Assembly: GCA_900769565.1 (NCBI GenBank)
Contig: CAAGHC010000003.1
Coordinates: 20,949-84,948 of the forward strand
DNA length: 64,000 bases
DNA from: Clostridia bacterium
GTDB lineage: Bacteria; Bacillota; Clostridia; Christensenellales; Borkfalkiaceae
Direction: 5' to 3'
Shown here: positions 9,027 through 19,024 of the stretch, one piece after another
Numbering within the stretch: position 1 is the stretch's first letter
Layout: each line of letters opens with the position of its first letter
The notes under the pieces: model-generated
Seen by the model: only the letters and a program-made list of their open reading frames with translations
Told to the model about the DNA's origin: nothing
Database searches by the model: none
Made by a program: the position numbers and the translations under genes

Positions 9027-10610
9027 CTATAACAATGGCGAAAATATTTTTACCACAGAGATTAACCCTTTAGTAAAACTGTTTTGGTTTAACCTCTTTC
9101 CGTTAACAAGCTCGCAACTTTCCATTAAATTTGTCAAATCGTTTTCTATATCTTTTAAACAAGCCGCACCGTAAAGCCATGCACCCACTTCAAAGTGATG
9201 CACTAGACTTCTATAATCAAGATTAGCAGAGCCTACTATAGCGCACTTTCGGTCGGCAAGGTATATTTTAGAATGAACGAAACCTTTTTTATACTCGTAT
9301 ATCTTGACACCTTTTTGAATTAAGCGTGGATAATAACTTTTCGACACTTCGAACACTATTCTTTTATCGGGAATACTAGGCAGAATTATTCTTACGTCCA
9401 CGTTTTTTAGCGACGCACTCTCTAAAGCAAGGCAAAGTTCATCGTCCATCACTAGATAAGGCGTAGTTATATATAAATAGTTTGTTGCGTAACCGATTAA
9501 ATTTAATATAGCCGTTTTGGTAACGCTATAAGGATAGGTTGGGCGTGGTCCATCACCAAACGGAATACAAAACCCGTTTTCTGCACTTTCTTTTGCAACT
9601 AGCGTAGGATAACGATTATCTATAAACTCGTCGATTTTTCTAGTGCTTAAATAGTAATCGGTCAAAAAAAGTTTGGTAATTTCTTTTACGGCGCTACCTT
9701 TTATTCTTACGCCACAATCTTTCCAATGCCCAAAACGGTTAACTGCATTTATATACTCGTCTGCAACGTTTACGCCACCAAGATATGCAACTTCCCCGTC
9801 GATAACCGTGATTTTTCGGTGGTTTCGATTATTAAATTCCCGTCCACTAAACGCGTTTATTTTAGAAAAGGTTGCAACCTGAACGCCGTGATTAACTAGG
9901 TCGGAAACACCCAAAGTGCTAGCGCTTTTCATACAGCCTACGTCGTCGAATAATAGTTTAACTTCCACCCCACTCATTGACTTTTTAATAAGCAAACTCT
10001 TTATTTTTTGCCATAGCGTACCCGACTTGATTATAAAATATTGCAAGAAGATAAACTTTTTAGCATTCGACAAATCGCAAAGCATTTCATCAAAGGTTTT
10101 TTCGCCCGAATTTAAGTAGGTTATATCGCCTGAAAAAAACAAGTTGCAATTACTTATTTGGGTTAGTAGTTTAGCCTGTGAATATGCAAACGCATCTTGC
10201 TTTTTTAGTTCGATAAATTCTTTCTCATCACTTTTCCGATAGCTTTTACCGTTAAGATAATTGAGATTTTTAACGTACTTAATATTCAACGATTTAGAAT
10301 AAAAAAGAAAATACAAAGTTACCCCTGCAACGGGTAAAATTAAAAGAAAAAGCAACCACGGAAGTTTATAATCAGGGTTATCGGCGCTGACTATTATTTT
10401 AACGGCCAAAACTATTCTAAACATAAACTCTACCCACCTAAAAGGTGGAAAAACAATCAGTAGCAACACGCCTAAACCAACAATAAGCACGCACTTTATA
10501 AAAACTATTGTAATAGAAAAAATAAATCTAAACGGCAATTTGTTTTTACCAGTTTTTTTATCCGCCTTTTGGTCAAGAAAAACGCAATTTTCACTCTTTT
10601 TCAGTTCCAT
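9027..10610 (-). CDS. cls: cardiolipin synthase
   Basis: Two PLD HKD motifs (HRKITVIDGEVAYLGGVN and HSKIYLADRKCAIVGSANLD) plus N-terminal TM helices. Confidence 0.9.
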   Translation of the reverse strand: MELKKSENCVFLDQKADKKTGKNKLPFRFIFSITIVFIKCVLIVGLGVLLLIVFPPFRWVEFMFRIVLAVKIIVSADNPDYKLPWLLFLLILPVAGVTLYFLFYSKSLNIKYVKNLNYLNGKSYRKSDEKEFIELKKQDAFAYSQAKLLTQISNCNLFFSGDITYLNSGEKTFDEMLCDLSNAKKFIFLQYFIIKSGTLWQKIKSLLIKKSMSGVEVKLLFDDVGCMKSASTLGVSDLVNHGVQVATFSKINAFSGREFNNRNHRKITVIDGEVAYLGGVNVADEYINAVNRFGHWKDCGVRIKGSAVKEITKLFLTDYYLSTRKIDEFIDNRYPTLVAKESAENGFCIPFGDGPRPTYPYSVTKTAILNLIGYATNYLYITTPYLVMDDELCLALESASLKNVDVRIILPSIPDKRIVFEVSKSYYPRLIQKGVKIYEYKKGFVHSKIYLADRKCAIVGSANLDYRSLVHHFEVGAWLYGAACLKDIENDLTNLMESCELVNGKRLNQNSFTKGLISVVKIFSPLL

Positions 10611-10815
10611 TAAAGTTAGTATGCGCCAAATCTTACGATAAAATGTTTTATAATTGTTATTTGCTTATTGTATTTATATACGAAAACCGAGCATTTTGAG
10701 ATTAAAAATAGATAAAAACACTCATTGTAATATGCTCTGTTTTTTGATACAATATTAAAAAAGAGTAAAACGACTTTTTAAGCGTTATAAAAAGTTATAG
10801 TTTAAGGAGAAAATT

Positions 10816-12114
10816 ATGAAAAGTTACGCAAAATCAAACGAACTTGTTGCAAGAGAATTAAAGTGTTCACCACTTGCAGCGCAAACCTTTTCTAAATCGC
10901 ACCGTTATTTTATGCCGAACAATGCACCCATGTTTATCGACCATGGTAAGGGCGCTAGAGTTTACGACGTTGACGGTAACGAATTTTTAGATTTTACCGC
11001 AAGTTTAGGGCCTATCACTTTAGGATATTGTTACGACAAGGTTAACGACGCTGTTAAGGCACAACTTGAAAAGGGTATTATTTTCCCCACTCAATCGCCC
11101 CTAGAATGCGAACTTGCCGAACTTTTAACTAGCCTTATCCCCTGTGCAGAAATGGTTAAGTTTGTTAAAAACGGCTCTGACGCTACCACAGCAGCAATTA
11201 GAATTGCAAGAGCGTTTACGGGTAGAAAAAGAGTTGCTATGAGCGGTTATCACGGTATGCACGACTGGTCAATCGGTGCATCTGCAAACAGAAAGGGCGT
11301 TCCCGAAGACGTTTGCGCGCTCACAGATACCTTTAAGTATAACGATTTAAGTTCTATTGAAAGCGTACTCAACTCTCACCCCGGCGAATACGCTGCAGTA
11401 ATTTTAGAGCCTATACAAAGTAACGGTACTACTACCGAATACTTACAAGGTTTGAAAGATTTAGTTCATAAACACGGCGCACTTCTTATATTCGACGAAG
11501 TTGTAAGTGGTTTCAGATACGCTCTCGGTGGTGGTGGCGAATACTACGGCGTTACGCCCGATATGGCGTCTTTCGGTAAAGGTTGCTCTAACGGTATGCC
11601 CTTATCTTTCGTTGCAGGTAGACGTGACCTTATATCCATGATTGAACAAGGCGTATTTATTTCTATGACTTTCGGTGGCGAAGCGCTCTCTCTAGCAGGC
11701 TGTATTGCTACTGTGAAAGAATTAGTTGAAAAGGATGCTTTCAAGCATTTCTGGAAGTTAGGACAAATCATGAAAGACGGGCTTGAAAACCTTATTAAAA
11801 AACATGGTATTGAAAGCGCTGTATCGGTTAGTGGTCTTGCCCCGCACTGTGGTCTTGCTTTCGACGGCGTTGGCAGTCTAAATTATCTTGACGTTAACTC
11901 TATTTTCTCGTCAGTTATGATTGAAAACGGTATTTTATGCCACGCAATCAACAACATTAACCTTTCGCACACCGAAGAAGATATTAAGTTATATCTTGAC
12001 GCTGCCGACAAGGCGTTTGCACTTATTAAAGTTGCAATCGATAAAGACAGCCTAGACGGTATTCTTCCCGAAGGCGCAAGAGTTAACCCGATATTCAAAA
12101 GAAACATTAAATAA
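10816..12114 (+). CDS. class III (PLP-dependent) aminotransferase, glutamate-1-semialdehyde aminomutase-like
   Basis: 432 aa; the FDEVVSGFR and SFGKG (PLP-lysine) motifs are typical of the family. RBS is aaggaga. Confidence 0.85.
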   Translation: MKSYAKSNELVARELKCSPLAAQTFSKSHRYFMPNNAPMFIDHGKGARVYDVDGNEFLDFTASLGPITLGYCYDKVNDAVKAQLEKGIIFPTQSPLECELAELLTSLIPCAEMVKFVKNGSDATTAAIRIARAFTGRKRVAMSGYHGMHDWSIGASANRKGVPEDVCALTDTFKYNDLSSIESVLNSHPGEYAAVILEPIQSNGTTTEYLQGLKDLVHKHGALLIFDEVVSGFRYALGGGGEYYGVTPDMASFGKGCSNGMPLSFVAGRRDLISMIEQGVFISMTFGGEALSLAGCIATVKELVEKDAFKHFWKLGQIMKDGLENLIKKHGIESAVSVSGLAPHCGLAFDGVGSLNYLDVNSIFSSVMIENGILCHAINNINLSHTEEDIKLYLDAADKAFALIKVAIDKDSLDGILPEGARVNPIFKRNIK

Positions 12115-12133
12115 TTAATTTTAAGCACTATAA

Positions 12134-12170
12134 AAGCACGGCGAAAGGTCGCCGTGCTTTTTTGTTTTTT
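12134..12170 (+). terminator. Rho-independent terminator (usable from both strands)
   Basis: GCACGGCGA-aagg-TCGCCGTGC followed by TTTTTTGTTTTTTT. Confidence 0.75.
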
Positions 12171-12199
12171 TAGTAATAATCCTAGCCACAATTTTTACT

Positions 12200-13075
12200 T
12201 TAATTCTTCTTTTCTAGTTTATATTCTTCGGGGGTTTTGCCTAAAAAACTTTTAAACGCATAGAAAAAACCGTTATACGAAGAATATCCACTTAATCTTG
12301 ATATTTCGTCTAGTGAAAGTTTTCCTTGCTTAATAAGCATGCATGCGTTTTCCACACGTTGCTTTACTAAAAGTTTTTTAAAACTCATACCGAAAAACTT
12401 TTTTACTATTCGGTTTGTTTGACATACCGATAAGCACAGTTTGTCTGCCAAATCTTCAATACTGATACGCTCGTTATATCTCTCGTAAAAAAACTTTTCC
12501 ACCACGATTTTTTGTTTTACCATGTAATCGGTTTCTACGTCCCTACCATTTTGGGAATCTTTTTTTAGGTTGCCGGCTATCAAAACGGCCTCGCAAAAAT
12601 CAACCAAAAACAATGATAAAATCGCCTTTATTCTATGGATATTCTCATCAGAAAATTCATAGTCTTTTAATCTTGAGAACGTATTGATTTTATCGTAGTC
12701 TTTAATAATAAAATAGTCGCCAAAATTTCTTAAAATTTCGGTATAGAACTTATATTCGGAAAAACTAAAATTCTTGTTTTTAGCATCAACGGAAATCTTT
12801 GCAGGGTTGAACATGAACGAGCATCTTACAAGGTCGGCACTATAATCTTCTACGTAGTGACTCACGTTGGGCGCAAAAAGGCACACGTCCCCTTCCGTAA
12901 GGTGAACGTGGTCTTCCTTTACCACCAGACTTGCCGAGCCTGATTTTATAACGTGAATTTCATAGTAAGCATGAAAGTGCGCTGATTGTCCCCATTCGTT
13001 ACTACCGCAAAACGAACCGTTTTCGGGATAAATCGTAAACTGCGCATCACCAAGCCGTATCTTTATTTCCTGCAT
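12200..13075 (-). CDS. AraC family transcriptional regulator
   Basis: 291 aa with an N-terminal cupin and a C-terminal HTH pair (ISIEDLADKLCLSVCQTNRIVKKFFG ... LDEISRLSGYSSYNGFFYAFKSF). Confidence 0.8.
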   Translation of the reverse strand: MQEIKIRLGDAQFTIYPENGSFCGSNEWGQSAHFHAYYEIHVIKSGSASLVVKEDHVHLTEGDVCLFAPNVSHYVEDYSADLVRCSFMFNPAKISVDAKNKNFSFSEYKFYTEILRNFGDYFIIKDYDKINTFSRLKDYEFSDENIHRIKAILSLFLVDFCEAVLIAGNLKKDSQNGRDVETDYMVKQKIVVEKFFYERYNERISIEDLADKLCLSVCQTNRIVKKFFGMSFKKLLVKQRVENACMLIKQGKLSLDEISRLSGYSSYNGFFYAFKSFLGKTPEEYKLEKKN

Positions 13076-13099
13076 GCTTTAAGTTTGCCTATTTTGTAT

Positions 13100-13864
13100 T
13101 TATTTTAACTTTGTAATGATATCAGCGTAATAATTATTAAGACCTATTACGTCAGAGCCCACGTTGATAAAGTTATAACCCATATCTTCAAGCGCTTTAT
13201 GGTTAGCAACGCCACCAACCGTACCTGCCATCTTGCCGTATTTTCTAGCCGTCTTTGCAACTAATTCCTTAACCCTTGCAATTTCGGGGTGAGAAAATTC
13301 GTTGGGATGACCTATGCCTTGCGAAAAGTCTGCAGGTCCAAAGAATATCATATCAATTCCGGGTAAAGCACAGATTTCTTCTAATTCTTTTAAGGGTTCT
13401 GGGTCTTCTATTTGAACGATATTAAATCTTTCTTCGTTGGCTTGCTTTAAATATAAATCAGCGTCTACTAAACAGAATTTACCGTCAGCGTTACCGCCGT
13501 CGATAGGACGTCTACCTATCGGATGGAATTTAGTATAATAAACTACTTTTTTAGCGTCTTCCAAACTCATAAGGTGAGGAATCATTATACCCGTCGAATC
13601 TGCCTCTAACGGACAAATCATATCGTTATAACTGCCACGTCTTACCCTAGTAAGCACGTCAACGTCGTAAATTTTAGCCGCTCTGATAATATTTTCAAGT
13701 TCTTGAAAGTCGTTTGGCACGTGTTCCATATCCGTCCATAGACAGTCGATACCCGTCATTGCAGCAAGTTCCGCCGCCCTTGCGTCAAAAAGATTTAATT
13801 TGAACGAATAAGCCGTTTCACCGTTACGTATTTTTCTTAATACTCTACTCTTTCTCATTTCCAT
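13100..13864 (-). CDS. HpcH/HpaI family 2-keto-3-deoxy-acid aldolase
   Basis: 254 aa with family-typical length and layout (WTDMEH, IMIPH, QIEDPE, FFGPADFS). Confidence 0.8.
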   Translation of the reverse strand: MEMRKSRVLRKIRNGETAYSFKLNLFDARAAELAAMTGIDCLWTDMEHVPNDFQELENIIRAAKIYDVDVLTRVRRGSYNDMICPLEADSTGIMIPHLMSLEDAKKVVYYTKFHPIGRRPIDGGNADGKFCLVDADLYLKQANEERFNIVQIEDPEPLKELEEICALPGIDMIFFGPADFSQGIGHPNEFSHPEIARVKELVAKTARKYGKMAGTVGGVANHKALEDMGYNFINVGSDVIGLNNYYADIITKLK

Positions 13865-13882
13865 AATAATTTACTCCTGCTA

Positions 13883-14833
13883 TTAAAGTTTAATTTCATC
13901 AAGATATTTTACTACCCCGCCTTCGTCGCGACTGCGAAGTCCTAAAACAACTAATTTCATAAGTTCTATCGTTTCTTCAAACGGGAAGGGTTCTTCGTCC
14001 GTTCTTAAAAAATGCACAAACTTATCAAGTTGCTTTTTAAACGCATAGTAACTATCCAAAGTTTGGATATATTTAGAACCTGCCGAACCTATAAGTAAAG
14101 TTCCTGCACCAGCCATTCCTTTACCTTGAACTATATCGACGATACAACCGTTTTCGTGAGTAAGACGAAGTGCTGCTCTCTCATAAGTTCCCGTGTTAAT
14201 TATACTCTTAAATCCACCTTTAAGTATAGGATAAATACTCTCTAATGCGTGTATTCCGTAAGTTTCGTAAATCTTGGGCATAGGTTGGCATATGTACATA
14301 AGTTTGCCAAGTTCATAATTATTATTGTGGTAGGGCTCTAAATCTTTTACGTATCTCATACTAGAGCCACTTATAAACTTTTTGCCCTGTCTTTTCCATT
14401 CAACGAAAGTTCTTAAATCTTCTTCGTTATCCACTAACGGTTTATCAATAAACATAGGAATATTTGCATCCATGAACGGTCTACAACGCTCAACGTGTTC
14501 ACTGCCAACGTCGGTTGCGCATATAACGGCGTCAACCTGACCTATCATATCTTCAGGGCGCTCTACTACGTTTTCAATATTCGACGCAAGCGCTATATGT
14601 CTTGCCCTTTCTATCCCCTCGTATCCCGTGCAACAAATATGCGTGATTTTAGCACCGTCACAACCGAAAGTTTCTGCCGGTTGTTTATATAGATATTGCG
14701 GTATTACAGGGTAAGGACATTCGTCCATATATTTTTTATTGTAACCGTTAAACATTGCACTCCACGAATAAGGGTGTCCGTTTCCTTCGGTCATGCCTAA
14801 TATACCTATTTTAATTTCCTTTTTGGTTATCAT
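13883..14833 (-). CDS. Gfo/Idh/MocA family oxidoreductase
   Basis: 316 aa with an N-terminal Rossmann-like segment (IKIGILGMTEGNGH). It is 18 nt upstream of the aldolase gene. Confidence 0.7.
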   Translation of the reverse strand: MITKKEIKIGILGMTEGNGHPYSWSAMFNGYNKKYMDECPYPVIPQYLYKQPAETFGCDGAKITHICCTGYEGIERARHIALASNIENVVERPEDMIGQVDAVICATDVGSEHVERCRPFMDANIPMFIDKPLVDNEEDLRTFVEWKRQGKKFISGSSMRYVKDLEPYHNNNYELGKLMYICQPMPKIYETYGIHALESIYPILKGGFKSIINTGTYERAALRLTHENGCIVDIVQGKGMAGAGTLLIGSAGSKYIQTLDSYYAFKKQLDKFVHFLRTDEEPFPFEETIELMKLVVLGLRSRDEGGVVKYLDEIKL

Positions 14834-14914
14834 AACTCTCTCCTTTATTTATTCCATTATATAATTTTACTACACGTATTTCAATAATGCAATTAAAAAT
14901 TCCGTCTAAAATTT

Positions 14915-14971
14915 TAAAAAACATGCTCGGTTTTTGTATAAAAAGCGTTTTTTAATACAATTTCCGAGCAT
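14915..14971 (-). terminator. long-stem terminator after the hydrogenase/PHP operon
   Basis: ATGCTCGG-aaa-TTGTAT ... ATACAA-aaa-CCGAGCAT followed by GTTTTTT on the minus strand. Confidence 0.6.
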
Positions 14972-15021
14972 ATAATATTTTTTATCAATAAATTAGACGA
15001 TTATTAAGTTGTACTTTTGCC

Positions 15022-15840
15022 TTAAATTTTTGTATCTATAAACTTTCCGTTTTTAAGCACGGCAATACTGTTAAAACCAAAACTTTTAACGTACTCTTCC
15101 ATTTCATTAAACTTATAGTCCATAAAATTTTTATTATGACAATCGGAAGATATTATTAACCTTGCGTTAAGGTTTTTAAGTTCTTTCATGATGAACGGTG
15201 CGGGATACGGTGTCGTGCGGTAACCCCTTGCTATTGCGCCGGTATTAACTTCAAAAATTTCCACCTTTTCCCTCAAAGCGTGCAACGCCTCAAATGCGTA
15301 GTTTTTGTATTCTTTGCTTTCCGTATCAAAAAAACATACGCTTTCAGCATGTTTGGTTATTAGGTCAAAATGCCCTACTATATCAAGTTTTTTGCACCTT
15401 TCGGGAAGTTTCGCCATGTATTGATAATACATTTTAACATACTGCATTCCGTCGCCGTTAAAGTAATCGTCTATAATACCTTTCACCACTTCTTTCGAGC
15501 GGTCGAATGCGATAACCCCGTCATTTTTCTTAAAACCATGTACCGAGCCTATTACGTAATCGTAAGGCGCAAAGTCTATATCGGAAAGATAGTCAAATTC
15601 TATCCCTAAATATATTTCTATTTGGTCTTTATACACCTTTTTTAATCTGTTTATTTCTTTTATATACAACTCGGTTTTTTCTTCGGTCATGGTATAAACA
15701 GGCGAAAAAGTCGAATGTGAATGTCCTGAAAAGCCAAGACTATCAAAACCCTTTTCTATTGCACATAAAACCATTTCTTCTGCAGAACATTCACCGTCAC
15801 AGAAATTCGTATGTTGATGTAAATTTTGCTTAAATTCCAT
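15022..15840 (-). CDS. PHP-family histidinol-phosphatase-like protein
   Basis: 272 aa; N-terminal HQHTNFCDG and GFSGHSH metal-binding motifs of the PHP fold. Confidence 0.8.
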   Translation of the reverse strand: MEFKQNLHQHTNFCDGECSAEEMVLCAIEKGFDSLGFSGHSHSTFSPVYTMTEEKTELYIKEINRLKKVYKDQIEIYLGIEFDYLSDIDFAPYDYVIGSVHGFKKNDGVIAFDRSKEVVKGIIDDYFNGDGMQYVKMYYQYMAKLPERCKKLDIVGHFDLITKHAESVCFFDTESKEYKNYAFEALHALREKVEIFEVNTGAIARGYRTTPYPAPFIMKELKNLNARLIISSDCHNKNFMDYKFNEMEEYVKSFGFNSIAVLKNGKFIDTKI

Positions 15841-15857
15841 TTTATATACCTATTATC

Positions 15858-17279
15858 CTATTCCGTCTTAAAATTATTTATCGCATCCCTCATGCTCTTT
15901 TCAACGGCTTCCTTGCCATACTTGTCAACTTCTGCCTTGTTTTTCTCACCGTGAGTTAAACAACCTGCGCCACTAATGCAACCACCTACGCACGCCATTC
16001 CTTCAATAAAATTTCCGTCAAGCACGCCTTTGTTCAGTTTCAATAGCGCCATACGGCACGCCTCTATTCCGTCGCATACGACAGGCTTAAAGTCAAAGTC
16101 GATATTCTGTTCCTTAATCGCTTGAGAAACTGCGTCGGTTAACCCACCGCTACGTGCAAAGATTCTACCAAAATAAGACGCGTTGTCAAGACTACTTTCT
16201 TCTAAAGACGCTATATCAAGGTCACGACTATCGAAAAGCGCTTGCAACTCTTCAAAGGTAAGGACAGTATCTACGTATTCTTTTACCCTATCTAATTGAG
16301 CCTCTGCTTTCTTTGCCGTACAAGGTCCTATAAATATAACCTTTGCGCCTGCTACTTTTTCTTTTACGTATTTTGCAAGCAATGCCATAGGTGAAAGATT
16401 TTCAGACATTTTTTCAACCAAGTTAGGGAATGCCGATTTAACGTACTGCACGAATGCAGGACAACACGAACTTGTAAGCACGCCTTTTTCGGAAAGTTCC
16501 TTACTCTCTGCCATTGCCACCATGTCTGCACCAAGCGCCGCCTCAACCACTTGGTCAAAACCTAACTTTTTAAGGCCCGTTATTACTTGACCTAGTTTAG
16601 CATAAGAAAACTGACTTGATATAGACGGTGCTACGATAGCGTAAACTTTTTGCCCCTCTTTGCGATTTTTAAGTATATCTATGGCGTTTAAGATAAACGA
16701 TTTATCCATAATTGCACCAAACGGGCATTGATATACGCACGCACCGCATTGAATACATTTTGAATCGTCTATGCAAGCAGATTTATCTTCGTTCATAGAA
16801 ATTGCTTTTACTTTGCAAGCGTTTTGACAAGGGCGTTTACGGTTTGCTATCGCAGTATACGGACAAACCTTTGCACAAGCGCCACACTCTTTACACTTGG
16901 TTTTATCAATGTGCGCAACGTGGTTATGGTCGAACGATATTGCACCGAATTTACAAGCGTCTTCACAACGGTGCGCAAGACAACCACGGCAAGCGTTAGT
17001 AACTTCATGTCCACCTACGGGGCATTCGTCGCAGGCAATTTGTATAACTTCGATAATGTTGGGATTGTTTTTATCCCCACCCATTGCAAGTTTAACACGT
17101 TCGCCTAAAATAGCACGCTCTTTATATACGCAACAGCGCATAGTAGGTTCTTTTCCAGGTACTATTCTTAACGGAATATCCATCAAATTTTCAAGCAACG
17201 TGTCGTTCCAAGCAAGCCTTGCAACTTCACGTAAAACTTTGTATTTTAAATGTTGAACTTTAGTATCAAATTTGCGCAT
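15858..17279 (-). CDS. [FeFe]-hydrogenase-like protein (ferredoxin-type clusters plus H-cluster domain)
   Basis: H-cluster motifs TSSCCPAF, GPCTAKK and EGMACVGGC, with several CxxCxxCxxxCP clusters in the N-terminal half. Start placed at the ATG preceded by aaggag; the ORF extends to 17306. Confidence 0.8.
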   Translation of the reverse strand: MRKFDTKVQHLKYKVLREVARLAWNDTLLENLMDIPLRIVPGKEPTMRCCVYKERAILGERVKLAMGGDKNNPNIIEVIQIACDECPVGGHEVTNACRGCLAHRCEDACKFGAISFDHNHVAHIDKTKCKECGACAKVCPYTAIANRKRPCQNACKVKAISMNEDKSACIDDSKCIQCGACVYQCPFGAIMDKSFILNAIDILKNRKEGQKVYAIVAPSISSQFSYAKLGQVITGLKKLGFDQVVEAALGADMVAMAESKELSEKGVLTSSCCPAFVQYVKSAFPNLVEKMSENLSPMALLAKYVKEKVAGAKVIFIGPCTAKKAEAQLDRVKEYVDTVLTFEELQALFDSRDLDIASLEESSLDNASYFGRIFARSGGLTDAVSQAIKEQNIDFDFKPVVCDGIEACRMALLKLNKGVLDGNFIEGMACVGGCISGAGCLTHGEKNKAEVDKYGKEAVEKSMRDAINNFKTE

Positions 17280-17492
17280 ACTCGTTCTCCTTTTGTATTT
17301 TCGCATAGCGTTTTAGGTGGAAAAATTATCACCTTAAAATCCACGGGTATTTTAACACATATAACGATAAAAGTCAACGCAAAGCAACTTTAAATAATGC
17401 CAAATATTAACATGTTATAAGTTTTATAAACACGTAAACGAATATTAGAAAAGGACTTTAAGAAAACGTTTTCCTAAAAGTCCTTTTTATAA

Positions 17493-18770
17493 TTAAATTC
17501 CTATAAATGCGCCGTACTCTTTTAATTTCCTTTGCAATTCTTTTACGTCTACGTTGCGAACGTCCGTCTTTTCCTTACACGCCATGGCTATTGCCGTTCC
17601 CGCAGCCTCACCGATACAGCAAACGGTTGGCATAATTCGATAAGATGCTTGTGCGCCGTGGTCAGACGATATACATCTACCAGCCACCAAAAGGTTGGTT
17701 GCCGTTTTAGGTATTAAACTACGATAAGGAATGGTATAATACTTACCTTCAGGGAAGTAATAATGGCTTGTCCCCGTACCCTCTGGACTATGAATATCAA
17801 TATCATAATTGCAAGCGGCAATAGAATCTTCAAATTTGGTAAAAGAACGTGCATCACTTTCAGTAAGTAAATATTCGCCAACAATTTTTCTACTTTCTCT
17901 AACGCCTATTTCGGGTGCAGTCATCATGAGATAGCTATTTTCTAATCCGTCGGCATGTTTTTTCATAAATTCATAAACTTCATACACTTGCTTACGAGCA
18001 ATTACTTCTGCCTTGGTAAGGTCAAACGGCGAAGTCGGGTCCATTTTTACAACTCTAGTAGTATTCAAATGTAATATCCCTGGAATAGGCATCTTTACGG
18101 ACAAAATATTTTCTCTAGGATTGATAAATTCACCCCTTTCAAGCGCTTCTTTATACTCTGCATTAAGACGATTTCTGCACGCCCAAAAACGTTCGATATC
18201 AACGTTCCCAAGTCTAAAACAAAGGGTCATAGGTTGGCATAAGTTATCAGATTCACGACCTAACATCGTGGGTATTCCTGCAAGAAAGGAAAGTTGTGCG
18301 TCACCCGTTGCATCAACAAAATAATCAGCCTCTATTTCAATTAAACCACTTTTAGTAGCAACTGTGACAGATTTGATTTGCTCTCCGTCTTTTTTGGCTT
18401 GACAAATATACGCGTGATAAAGAAGTTCAACACCAGCGTCTTCAACCATATCGTTGAGTATAAATTTAAGTTCTTCTTCCATGAAAGAATATTCGATTAG
18501 TTTACGACTAGTAACGTATTCTAAAGTCATTCTTCTTTCATTCAACTTGTCAAAAATAGTCTTGAACAAACCTGCCGAAAGATTAGTGGTTACACCATCA
18601 ACTTTTGCAAGCGTAGGCATAAACGGATTAACTAGGCAATTTACCGCCGCCCCGCCTAACGCATTCCCTTTTTCTATTAGAAGAACCTTGCGTCCTTCTC
18701 TTGATGCAGAAATAGCAGCCGAAACGCCTGAAAACCCACCGCCAACTACGACGATATCGTATCTTTCCAT
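17493..18770 (-). CDS. FAD-dependent oxidoreductase (FAD_oxidored-type)
   Basis: Dinucleotide-binding motif DIVVVGGGFSGVSAA immediately after the internal ATG, which has a taaggag RBS. The 28 upstream codons of the ORF (to 18854) look non-coding. Confidence 0.75.
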   Translation of the reverse strand: MERYDIVVVGGGFSGVSAAISASREGRKVLLIEKGNALGGAAVNCLVNPFMPTLAKVDGVTTNLSAGLFKTIFDKLNERRMTLEYVTSRKLIEYSFMEEELKFILNDMVEDAGVELLYHAYICQAKKDGEQIKSVTVATKSGLIEIEADYFVDATGDAQLSFLAGIPTMLGRESDNLCQPMTLCFRLGNVDIERFWACRNRLNAEYKEALERGEFINPRENILSVKMPIPGILHLNTTRVVKMDPTSPFDLTKAEVIARKQVYEVYEFMKKHADGLENSYLMMTAPEIGVRESRKIVGEYLLTESDARSFTKFEDSIAACNYDIDIHSPEGTGTSHYYFPEGKYYTIPYRSLIPKTATNLLVAGRCISSDHGAQASYRIMPTVCCIGEAAGTAIAMACKEKTDVRNVDVKELQRKLKEYGAFIGI

Positions 18771-18944
18771 TATTACACTCCTTAATAAAAGCGCTTTTAT
18801 CTGTAGTAAATGATACAATAAAAGCACTAAAATGTCAACGACTAACAATCGCAATTACTCAATTATGAATAAATGTGTTATTTCTGCAAATAAATGTATC
18901 TTTTGTTAAATGTTTTTGTTGTTTTACTATGAAATTTTATAAAC

Positions 18945-18970
18945 AAAAAAGCACCCGACGGATGCTTTTT
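18945..18970 (-). terminator. weak bidirectional terminator
   Basis: Imperfect hairpin GCACCC-gac-GGATGC flanked by A/T runs. Confidence 0.35.
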
Positions 18971-19024
18971 AGTTTTCTTTTTTATTAAGTGACTATTCTG
19001 TCCAACCACAACTAAACTTACGTT

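Noticed and set aside
18771-18854. 28-codon N-terminal extension of the FAD oxidoreductase ORF
   Set aside because: The Rossmann motif follows the internal ATG, which has a taaggag RBS. The extension is hydrophobic read-through of the promoter region.
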